Assembly (NCBI RefSeq): GCF_001194135.2
Contig: NC_068981.1
Coordinates: 112,845,989 to 112,885,263 of the forward strand
DNA from: Octopus bimaculoides
Lineage: Eukaryota
Direction: 5' to 3'
DNA: 39,275 nucleotides
In this document: one piece after another, positions 11,580 to 22,137 of the stretch
Layout of the letters: every line of letters begins with the position of its first letter
How positions within the stretch are numbered: position 1 is the stretch's first letter
The notes under the pieces: model-generated
Database searches by the model: none
Told to the model about the DNA's origin: nothing
The model's input: the letters and a program-made list of their open reading frames with translations, nothing else
Position numbers and translations under genes: made by a program

Positions 11580-11585
<6 letters not shown>

Positions 11586-11636
<51 letters not shown>
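11586..11636. repeat. (TA)n microsatellite, about 25 units
   Basis: Read directly. Confidence 0.98.
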
Positions 11637-11639
<3 letters not shown>

Positions 11640-12739
11640 CATACACACTAAGGTCAGGGTATTTCCAGAAAAGCATTCAGCCCAAAATACTGGGCTATCA
11701 ACAGTTGGGTTCCAGTCCAAAGCTGCAATTCTCTAGATGTAGAAAATCCAAGTTTCACAATGATCACACCATAAAGTGGGTTTGGCAAAGAGTAAATAAT
11801 CCAAATGATGAACAGAAGACAAAGAAAATTCTTTAACACATCTTTAATGATTTGTTACAATTGTTTCTGTACCAACTCTATTTGCAATGGACATTTATGC
11901 AAAAATTAGAAGTGAAAATTTACATGAGTTTTTTGCAGTTTTAGACATTAGAGAGGCACTTCATCAGACTTGCATCAAAGGTGTGTTGTCACATTGTGCA
12001 TCTTCCAGACCTTGTCTTTTGGCTTATATCATGAAGAAACAAATACATAAATAAAAGTGTAGTTATGAGATGAGTAAGTAGGGTAGAGATTATGTAGGGG
12101 GTAGATCAGGAAGAAGGATATGAAAGAGGAGGAGGAGGAAGGAAAATGAGCAGAAGAAGATGAAAGTGAAGGAGAAGAAGAAGAGGAAGAAGGAGATGAC
12201 GAATAAAAAGAGAGAGCTATACAACATTGATAAATTAGGTAGGGCCAATCGGTTTATCTTGACATACATGTATACTTGTAGTCGGTCAGTACAAACAGTT
12301 CCACCATTAGTGAAATTCATCTGATAGGTGGAAATTTATTTGACCACCAGACAACATTCACCTGTAACAGTGGAAAGTAAAAAAACTATTAAATAGATAA
12401 CTTGACAATTGCCCTGGAATCAAATAATGAGGATATTTATGATGTTTGCAGTGTGTGTGTGGGGTCACTGGTAGGGTGGCATAGGGATTGGCAAAAGTAG
12501 GCATACTGATGCTTAATATGTCAACTTCAAAAGTGTATAGACATGGAAGGCCATCAGTTTGAGCACTTAAGAGACTGAAATAACATATTAAAGAACATAG
12601 AATTATAGAATTCTTATCCTAAAAAAGAAATAGAGAAATGAAAAGAACATTACACTCATATTAAGCAACTGTAAATCTACTTTTGCACACCCCTGTATAT
12701 ATGTATACATATATTCACACACACACACATATATATATA

Positions 12740-13165
12740 TCATCATCATCATTTAACATTCATTGTCCATGCTGGCATGGGTTGGACAGTTTAATCCGGT
12801 TGGCATGCTGGAAGGCTGCACCAGACTCTTGTCTGATTTGGCATGGTTTTCTATAGCTGGATGCCCTTCCTAATGCCAACCACTCCAAGAGTGTAATGGG
12901 TGCTTTTACGTGCCACCAGTACAGGTGCCATTTGCATGACACCAGGGTGCTTTTACGTGCCACTGGCATGGGTACCAATTTGTGTGACACTGGTATCTGC
13001 CATGACTGCGATTTTGCTCTGTTTGATGGGTCTTCTTCTCAAGCACAACATAATGCCAATGGTCTGGGTCATTGCCTCTGCAAGGCCCAACACCTGAAAG
13101 GAATTCAGCCACTTTTCCTCCGTGAAGCCCAATGCTTGAAAGGTGTTCTTTACATATCCATCATG
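12740..13165 (-). mobile_element. RTE LINE 3' fragment with a variant UTR
   Basis: (CAT)4 tail abutting (AT)n, ccatgctggcatgg, and ggatgcccttcctaatgccaaccactcc. Confidence 0.85.
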
Positions 13166-13366
13166 GATGATCTTACCAGTCAGTTTCATGCTAGGAATAC
13201 AATGGAGTGTTAGGTAACAATCTGGTTATATAACTTTATGCTCATCAGAGTTAGCCAATATAGAAGGGAATATGGTGACTGCTCTCTATTGTCAAGGAGG
13301 AATTGACACATCCAGTTTGTGGTTGGTGTGAAAAAGATGGTGAAACAATGGTGATGTGATATACTC

Positions 13367-13428
13367 GCTCTATGGGCAGATATACAAGTGCATCTTTTCC
13401 CTGACTCATGGACTCTTAGGCAACTCTT

Positions 13429-13461
<33 letters not shown>

Positions 13462-13699
13462 ACATTTATTTGTATTCCCACTTCAGCCCCCTTTACCCAA
13501 GTATAACTATGAGACTCCTGCAGTCTTCCTCCTATGAGGGCAGTATATATTTACCAATGCAGTATATAAATATATAAGGTTATGTATAATAGCACTGTGT
13601 TTTACATAGGGGCCACTATTAACCTATGAAAGAACACTGCTCTATGGACAGATATACAAGTGCATCTTTTCCCTGACTCATGGACTCTTAGGCAACTCT

Positions 13700-13743
<44 letters not shown>

Positions 13744-13959
13744 ATGTGTGTGTGTGTGTGTGTGTGTATGTGTGTGTGTGTGTACATTTATTTGTATTCC
13801 CACTTCAGCCCCCTTTACCCAAGTATAACTGTGAGACTCCTGCAGTCTTCCTCCTATGAGGGCAGTATATATTTACCAATGCAGTATATAAATATATAAG
13901 GTTATGTATAATAGCACTGTGTTTTACATAGGGGCCACTATTAACCTATGAAAGAACAC
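13367..13959. repeat. Head-to-tail duplication of a ~271-bp unit
   Basis: Unit 1 is 13367-13637 and unit 2 is 13639-13959. They differ by two substitutions and a 50-nt longer (TA)n(TG)n tract in unit 2. Confidence 0.97.
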
Positions 13960-14419
13960 ATTTCAATGCATGTACTCTCCAACCTAAAACCTCAGCACTC
14001 ATTAGCGGAATATGTCCATGAGTTAAACAACAATAGCATTAGTTATGAGTTGTAGTGGTTGGTACTGGGGCTCACAGTACCTTACTGAGGCTTTGGGCAG
14101 CCAATGTTAGTTATGTACCAGGAAAGGGCTAGAAAATATTTTTGCCAATGGTAAGCACATTGTTAATGAATCTATTGAAAATGGGATCTGCAACACCTGA
14201 AAGGGTAGGATGTTCTGATGTTACTGAACCACAACAATGTGTGGTAGCATGCTATGACCCTCCTTCAACAAGGGGTTTCAACTGTCTATACCTCATGGTT
14301 ATAGTACTATTGATTTGACCCCCTGATACTCTCTACTTACATATCTCTACTCAAGCCTCCCCTTTCTTCCACCTTCCTGTGTGTTTATATATGTATACCT
14401 AAACTTTTCATTATGCTTA

Positions 14420-14641
14420 TGACCAACCACAAACATACACATATGTCAAGATAAACTGATCGGCCCTATCTAATTTATCAATGTTGTATAGCTCTCTTTT
14501 CTTATTCATCATCTCCTTCCTCTTCTTCTTCTTCTTCACTTTCATTTTCTTCTTCTGCTCATTTTCCTTCCTCCTCCTCCTTCATATCCTTCTTCCTGAT
14601 CTACCCCCTACATAACCAGGCTGGTGGATAATGGGAATATA
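14420..14641. repeat. Inverted copy of upstream intron sequence (12090-12288 joined to 11239-11267)
   Basis: 14420-14615 is the reverse complement of 12090-12288 (about 85-90% identical). 14613-14641 is the exact reverse complement of 11239-11267. Confidence 0.92.
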
Positions 14642-15150
14642 GATTATCAAACTTTGGTGTTAGAATTTGTAATGCAGGTTCTAACAACATCCACTGGATA
14701 GAAGATATGTACCACACTGCAACTACAAGGAATATGTGAGCTACTCTGCATCTACAAGGCATATGATATGGGTTTCAATGACTTCAACTAACTTCTTTTC
14801 CTGGTTACTCTTGTACCACTGCTGGAAAATTATACCTATTTACTTCAGGCTCTGACTTTCTCCATGGGTGCACTGCGAACTTATTGATTTGTTGACGTAT
14901 AAGGTGTACAGCCCTTTATATTATACCTGGGTATCTTTTTGTGCTATTGAGTTTTCATGAACACACAAGGATGTTAACACATGTGTATATATATATATTT
15001 TTGCACTCGTGCAAATGTGTAAATGTATGTGTGTGGACATGTATATTTGTACACGTTAACCTATAGTGTGTCTATATATGCATATTTTTCTATATCATTT
15101 ATGTGTGTGTGCATGGTAGAAGTGTATGTGTGTGTTTAGGCATATACATA

Positions 15151-16406
15151 CAGGAGTTGGACAAAATAATGAAAATACTTTGCATCATAGCATCATAATT
15201 TTGAAATACCTATAAAACCGTTAAAATGTTTATTTTTATGTTTTTTGATATATTATTACTGTTGCTTAATATGTTTTCCTAAAATTGCTGTTTCTTTTTA
15301 GATATCATCAGAAAAAGGTAATTAAAATTCATTAAAATGACAGATCTATCAGACTTCAAAAGAGGTCGAATTGTTGGTGCTCGTATGGCAGGCACTAGTG
15401 TAAAGAAAACAGCTGAAATGTTTGATGTATCAAGAAGTACTGTCTTGAAAGTAATGACAGCCTTTGAGAAAGAGAGAACCTCCTTGTCAAAAACAAAACT
15501 CCGGAAGAAAGCCAAAACTTTCAGATAGGGACCATCGGACTCTTACACGAATTGTTAGAAAGGATCACAAAAGTACAACTCCCAAAATTACTGCAGAGCT
15601 TAAAGACCACCTGAGAACCCAGTTTCCACAAGAACTGTTCGCCAGGAGCTGCACAAAGCCGAATTTTACAGGAGGGCTGCAATCAGAAAACCACTACTTT
15701 CAAAAACAAACGTTGCAAAGCATTTAGAGTGGAGTAAAAACCTACAGAATTGGTCCCTAAAGCAGTAGAAGAATGTTATTTTCTTGGATGAGTCATCCTT
15801 TACCTAATTTCCGACCACCAGCTGAGTATACATATGGAGACAGCCAAAAGAAGCATTTAACCNNNNNNNNNNNNNNNNNNNNNNNNNNNNNNNNNNNNNN
15901 NNNNNNNNNNNNNNNNNNNNNNNNNNNNNNNNNNNNNNNNNNNNNNNNNNNNNNNNNNNNNNNNNNNNNNNNNNNNAATAGTCAAGACTATTTAAGCATT
16001 TTATCTGATCATATTCATCCTATCGTTGTGGAACTGATTCCAGAGGGAAATGCAATCTTTCAGGATGATAATGCACCAATTCACACAGTTAAAGTTGCTA
16101 CTCAATGGCATGAGGAACATTCTAGTGAAGTTGAACATCTCATCTGGCCACCACAGTCCCCAGATCTCAATATTATTGAACATTTATGGTGAATTTTAGA
16201 AAAACAAGTAAGGAGTCGATATCCTCCAACAAGAACTGGAGACTGTTTTAACTGAAGAATGGACAAAAATTCCTTTGGAAACAATTCAAACTTAGTGCGA
16301 GTCCATACCTTATAGAATTCAAGCTGTAATTACTTCCAAAGGCAGTTCTACCCCATATTAAAATAAATTTGATATAAGGTGTTTCCATTATTTTGTCCAA
16401 CCTCTG
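15151..16406 (+). mobile_element. Tc1-family DNA transposon with DD36E spacing (Incomer-like), pseudogenised transposase
   Basis: TA at 15149-50 and 16407-08, with ~28-bp imperfect TIRs (CAGGAGTTGGACAAAATAATG / CAGAGGTTGGACAAAATAATG). The protein reads MTDLSDFKRGRIVGAR (15337), GRKPKLS, FLDES (D 15787), QDDNAPIH (D 16067) and SPDLNIIEHLW (E 16178), with stops and frameshifts. Confidence 0.95.
15863..15976. other. Assembly gap, 114 N
   Basis: Run of n inside the Tc1 transposase. Confidence 1.
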
Positions 16407-16546
16407 TATGTGTGTGTACACCTTTATATTTTGAATTTGCTCAGTTTTAGCCAATTTTTGTCTGTATGTATGTTTGTATGTGTATGAGTGTGCGTGTGTG
16501 TGTATGCATGTGTATGTATATGTATACAATTATACAAATGTATATA

Positions 16547-17620
16547 GGAAAACAGTCTAGATGAGATTCAGTTTGATTTTGTGCCATTGAGAGGCACCAT
16601 TGATACTATATTCCTGGTAAGACAGTTGCAAGAGAAGTACTTAGCCAATAATAAACCCCTGTACTTTTGTTGACACAGAAAGCCTTTGACAGGTACCCTG
16701 CTCTCTTATCTGGTGGTCAGTGTGGAAACTAGGGATAGATCAGTGGTTGATGAGAGTTGTACAAGCTATGTACAGGCATGCTGTCTGCAAGGTGAGGATT
16801 GGCAACAAGCACAGCAATGCATTCAGTGTACAAGTAGGAGCCCACTAATGATCAGTTCTCAGCCCTCTTCTTGTTCATCATAGTTCTCCAGGCAATAATA
16901 GAGGAATTTAAGACTGGCTGCCCTTGGAAGCTCCTCTGTGCTGATGACTTTGTTCTTAATGAATCACTACCAGAAGTAGAGAAGAAATTTCAGATGTGGA
17001 AGCAAGGTCTGCAATCAAAGGGTCTTAGGGTTAATTTAGCAAAAGACCAAACTCTTAGTAAGTAGGAAAACAGATAAATCACAAATCCCTTCAGGGAGAT
17101 GGTCCTGTTTGGTATATCAGAAAGGTGTAGGTAGAAACCACATAACATGTACCTGGTGCAAGTAATGGACAAATAAGAGGTGCAGCAATATCAGAAGGAT
17201 TGTATGATGCCTGTGTGCAAGCATCCATGCTACACAGCAGTGAAACATGGGCTGTAACTGCTGAGGACATATGAAAGCTTGACAGAAATGAATCTAGTAT
17301 GCTTTGCTGGATGTGCAATGTCAGTTTGCATGTACAACAAAGTGTAAGCATCTTGAGAGAAAAAATGGGCATAAGAGGTATTTGATGTGGTGTACAAGAG
17401 AGGCAACTGCATTGGTATGGTCATGTGGTGTGTAAGGACAAAGACAGCTGCATAAAGAAGTGCCAGTCACTAACTGTGGAGGGAACTTGTGAAAGAAGTA
17501 CACCCAGAAAGACATGGTGGTAAAATATGCTCTTCGGATGTTAAGTCTCATGGAGGTGATGACAAATGATCATGACATTTGGCGATTTGCTCTGCTTGAG
17601 AAGACATGTCAAGCCAAGTA
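16547..17620 (+). mobile_element. Old RTE LINE RT fragment with an internal deletion
   Basis: Degenerate FGFVP, QEKYLA, KAFDRVP, LL(C)ADD, RVNLAK and L.WYGHV remnants. About 260 nt, covering the PHD C-half and the YLG motif, is missing near 17195. Confidence 0.88.
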
Positions 17621-17636
17621 AAGCCAGTGACACCTA

Positions 17637-18385
17637 AGAGGCAATGACTTCTGACCAAGACCTTTGGAAATATGCTGTGCGTGAGAAGACCCAGCAAGCC
17701 AAGTGAGACCATAATCCAAGGCCTCTGCCAGAGGTGTAGCCAGCCCTCTTATGTGTGCCTTTCCTTCATTGGACACTAAACTTTGCTTCAGAAGACCTGT
17801 TGAGGCAAGTGAAATCAAAATCGAACTAAATTCGACGACTGGCACCCATACCAACATCTCTTTCATTGGACACTAAACTCGGCTGGTGAAGACCTGTTGG
17901 GGCAAGTGAAAGTGAACTCATGATGGCACCTGTACTAGTGGAGCACTAAGAGCTCCGTCCGAGTGTGATCGTTGCCAGAGCAGATGTCTAGCTTCCGTGT
18001 CAGTGGCACGTAAATAGCACCATTTGAGCGTGATTGTTACCAGCGTTGCCTTCCTGGCACTTGTGCCGGTAGCACGTGAAAAGACATTCGAGTGAGGTCG
18101 TTGCCAGTGTCGCTGGACTGGCTCCTGTGCAGGTGGCATGTAAAATACACCATTTTGAATGTGGCCGTTGCCAGTACCCGCCTGACTGGCCTTCGTGCCA
18201 GTGGCACGTAAAAGCACCCACTACACTCTCGGAGTGGTTGGCGTTAGGAAGGGCATCCAGCTGTAGAAACTCTGACAAATCAGATTGGAGCCTGGTGTAG
18301 CCATCTGTTTCACCAGTCCTCAGTCAAATCGTCCAACCCATGTTAGCATGGAAAGCGGACGTTAAATGATGATGATGATGGTGAT
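17637..18385 (+). mobile_element. Young RTE 3' end: last ~22 codons, full 3' UTR and (GAT)n tail
   Basis: Close match to 38525-39222. The tail is at 18367-18385. Confidence 0.93.
17961..18218 (+). repeat. Tandem array of four ~65-nt double-hairpin units in the RTE 3' UTR
   Basis: Units start at 17961, 18026, 18090 and 18157 (periods 65, 64, 67). Each follows the pattern gagygtg.ycgttgccag...ctggc...gtgcc.g.ggcacgtaaa. Confidence 0.9.
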
Positions 18386-18588
18386 TTAATTATAGAAAAT
18401 ATATTGAAATGAATATTTCCACCTAAACAACTCCATAAAGTTGATTAAAACACCCAAATTGTAATGAAAATAACCACTAAATAATTTTTTAAAATAATGA
18501 AAGGAATGTATATAGAATAACATATCACTTTAAAAAGCATCAATTGCTACAACATGGAAAGAAATCAGGGTAAACCTACTGCTATTAA

Positions 18589-18800
18589 CCCTTTTGATAC
18601 CAAACCGCCTCTGCCTTTATAGTACAGATGTCTTGTTTTCTAAAGTTGTGAATTGAAATCTTCCATCAAACCTCAGCCACAATTTATATTTTTAACAGTA
18701 GCTTAATGATAACTAGGTTATTTTACTAAATTCTTTGTTATATTTAAAGTTAATTAAAAGAAACACAGAGCATCTTAACAAAAATATAGTAACAGAAGGG
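18589..18800. mobile_element. 212-bp piggyBac-type MITE
   Basis: TTAA at 18585-88 and 18801-04. The termini CCCTTTTGATAC and GTAACAGAAGGG match 10/12 as an inverted repeat. Confidence 0.8.
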
Positions 18801-19866
18801 TTAAATATAAACTTTAATTATAGAAAATGTATTTAAACCAATATTTCCCCTTAGAAAACAAGCATATAAAATAAAATTGACTAAAACAAGCACATGGTGA
18901 CAAAAATATTCATTATATAAGAACATAATATCAAAACAAAGACATATCACTTAACTTAATTTGTTGTTCACTGCTAAAAGATCTTTTGTAATCTAAGAGT
19001 AGAAGTCCTGAATTACTCTTTAATGCAAGTAACATTGTACATAATAATACACAATACTCATATATGATAACTTACTGATAAATGTAGACGAATGACATTA
19101 CATTCAACTCTTAATAAATCTAATACTTTTGTAAATCTACACTAAACTGAAAACTAGAAAATACTCAAAATTTTCTCAAAATTTCACTGTCTTCCTAAAC
19201 AAAAGTTAAAATAGTTGACCAACATATTCATCTGCAGCAGCCACTAAATGTTGAACTAAGCCTATCTTTTTCCTTTGGTATAAATCACTAAAAAACCAAA
19301 ATTCACATGAAGGTTAATATATGTCTGTTAATAGAGGGCTACAGTGACCACCCATCAAAGTACCCTTTATTTGTTTAAATATCCTACACTTTAAAGCAAT
19401 ATTTACAATCTTAATGATAAAGCTAACTGTTTCCTTTAATCTACTCTTGCGTAAACAAGTAAAACCATTATATCTACTCTTGAATTTAAAAAAATAATAT
19501 CTTTCACTGTTTCTTATACAGACACACAGGTTGACAGACCAGACTCAATGATCTTATATGACTTGGACTGATGCATATATCTTATATTGTTATGTGTGTG
19601 TGTGCATATATAAAATATATATATATATATCTAAAATTTGATCTAGCACAATCCAGAAGGAAATATATTTATTGCCAGCTTTATAAACTCTTTGACCTGC
19701 AAGTAGTTTGATAAGTGCCAATGCATGAAACACTTGGACCTTGAGTTACTCTGTTACTTCTGCTAAATATTAATAAAAATATACCTATACTGATATTTTA
19801 AGTTCTATTTTTCCTGTTTGTATCAATATTCCTGTATATATGTACATATATCAATTTTATTTCCAG

Positions 19867-20070
19867 AAACTTCCTGATAAATGGAACAACACCAAGAAGA
19901 CTGCTATCACTGTCAAACAGTATGTAGCTCCTTTACAAGCTGCGGAAGTCAATAATGTTCGTAAGAAGACTGCAATATTTGATGCTAAGCAAATAAAATA
20001 TCGGGAATCCTTCTGCACTTTGGAACCATTTTACTATAAATGTGAAAATGCTTATGATATACTGGATGCT
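19867..20070 (+). CDS. DNAH9/DNAH17: Dynein heavy chain exon 4 (KLPDKWNNTKKTAITVKQYVAPLQAAEV...YDILDA)
   Basis: Acceptor ttccag (19861-19866), donor gtgagt (20071), 204 nt, phase 0/0. LP.KWNN.KK.AITVKQ.VAPLQA.EV directly follows exon 3 in the family sequence, across a 15.2-kb intron. Confidence 0.95.
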
Positions 20071-20849
20071 GTGAGTATAAATAATTAATATATGTTAGTT
20101 TGATGACCTTTCTATTCATGACTGGAAATGCCTCTTTTTTATAGTTTCTTCTTTGATTTGGTCTATTTAGAGCTGCTTTAGTTTAAAAACTTGATAGAAA
20201 ATATGGATGTAAGCAACAACAACAATAAAATATATACAGAAGCACTCCTTTGTTTCCTACATTGTGTCAAAAGGCACGCATCTGCCAGTCCCTTTTCTTT
20301 TTACTGTACTTTTGTTTTACCTGACCTTCTGAAGAAAGGCCTTTGCCAGTCCTTTTTAACCAGTGCGACTGATGTCATTAATATTCTTTTTGGACCAAAT
20401 TTACATCAACACTTGTGGGAAGATTTGAGTAAGGAGGAAATTTCTGACATTCTGGGAAAGAAGGGCTGGACATTGTGACTGGGGGTTGGACACAGCAAGT
20501 AATGAGTGGAGGAGAGATGAGAAGAATAGGAATAGCTGCATAAAGGTGGCATGAGCACAGCTAGGTCTGAGCAGCAGAGATCATTATAGTAGTGGTAAAA
20601 AAAATAAAAACCAAGAAAAGGAGACAGAGAGAATGTCTTCAAGCCAGGAGCTGAAGCTTGTCTATAGGTGAGTTTACACCACTCAGTCACATGAGCATTT
20701 TCTGGATGCAGTCCAGCATATCAGTGTGTGTAGCAGCACCATCCCAGTCATTGGGATACAGTCCTTAGGTTAAGGATGTGCTATTTCTAGGAGAAATTCT
20801 GAGTAGTTTTAAGGGCTTTAGCTGAGTATTACTCATGATTAAAGGAGTA

Positions 20850-21700
20850 GGATGGTATCTGTTTTCTTGCTGTTGAAAAGGAAAATATTGTCATATCCAT
20901 ATTAGAGGATGCTTTGGGGGTTTCTATTTATAGAGTCAGCTTGGACTTAGCATGCAGTCAGAAGAGGCTAATGCATGGTTGGAAAATATTAGGGAGGAAT
21001 AAAGTAGTGTCATCTGTGTAAAAGTGAATGTTGGATGTGATATCGGGTGACTTATTGTTTTATAGAGAGACAAGAGTGGGAACAAAACTGAATTGTGATG
21101 CACTGTGGAGTTGATGAAATAAGGGACAATAAAAACTCCATCAACACATGTTAGAAAATTTCCAATTAGAGAAGGTAGAGACCATTGGCAAAAAGTTTTG
21201 ATTGAAAATTCACATGCCAGACACTGTCAAAAAATCTGTTGCTTCCATCAAACTCTGCTAAATTAAGAGCTTACTGGAAAGTGATGGTTCTGAGTAATGT
21301 CTGACTGGCCATTAACGAATGAGAGATATTCAGAGCTTTGGAGGATGTCATTGTTAATAGGTATTTTAATTATGTTAAAGTTATTAGAAGTAGGTGTAAT
21401 AGGGTGACAGTTAGAGAGTTTCTTTTCTTGGGAATGGGACACACTGTAGTGTATTTCCAAAAATCAAAGTAGGTCCCTGTAGTAAAGAGATATTGAAGTG
21501 TGTGGCATGTATGAGTAGTTCCAGGGCACAGTGCTTGTAGCTAATGTTGATTTGAAATGACTGAAAGTACTGTAGTGAAATATATAGTCAATACAAGGTG
21601 TTGATGTGGCTGTGTATATGATATTACAAGAGTTTATAGAGAGATGAAAGAATAAATTCAAGATCTATATATTTTTATATGAATAAGATTGTGGAGCCAT
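20850..21700 (-). mobile_element. Highly decayed CR1/L2/Jockey-group LINE remnant
   Basis: Minus strand gives FDSVWH-like, INSTVHHNSVLFPLL (GVPQGSVL-like), NIHFYTDDTTL (21009-21020) and FNSKKT, in RT order. A CIDYIF APE-like motif lies further 5'. Boundaries are approximate. Confidence 0.55.
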
Positions 21701-22137
21701 CTAATGTGACTCTACTCAGAAGGCTGTAATATCATTTGACAGGAACACAGTATAAAGAAATACATGGAACAAGGTGGTAACTTTAAATACCTTTAACGCC
21801 GGCCACATGTATACATACAAGCTGAATGGAAATGGCTTGATGAACATTTATTCATATATCTACATGCATCTGCATGGGTTGTATATTTGCTGTTAACCAT
21901 GGTGAGGTAGCTCATGAACAGCAGTCATGTTAGAACCTGTGCAGTGTTGTTGGTGAGAGACATGATGGTGGCGACGAAGACAGAGATTGCTGTAATGCTG
22001 TGGTGTGGTCAGTGGTTAAACCTTAGAAGATCTGGAACCAGCAGATCTTGAGGCTAGGAAGAGATGAGGTTTTATAGCTAATGGTAGGTTCAAAATTAGA
22101 GTTTAGAATAGATTGTCTCACATGATTTATTTAGAGG

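Noticed and set aside
11561-11836. ORFs with YI/CV/HT/LS dipeptide runs (also 6325, 13602, 13660, 16248, 28089)
   Set aside because: These are translations of microsatellites.
11925-11975. Minus-strand CUGAUGA...AAAAC-UGCA hammerhead-like string
   Set aside because: There is no credible stem I or stem II, and the cleavage triplet is missing.
17961-18218. CRISPR-like look: palindromic repeats with variable intervening sequence
   Set aside because: The context is eukaryotic, the units are homologous along their whole length, they sit in a LINE 3' UTR, and there are no cas genes.
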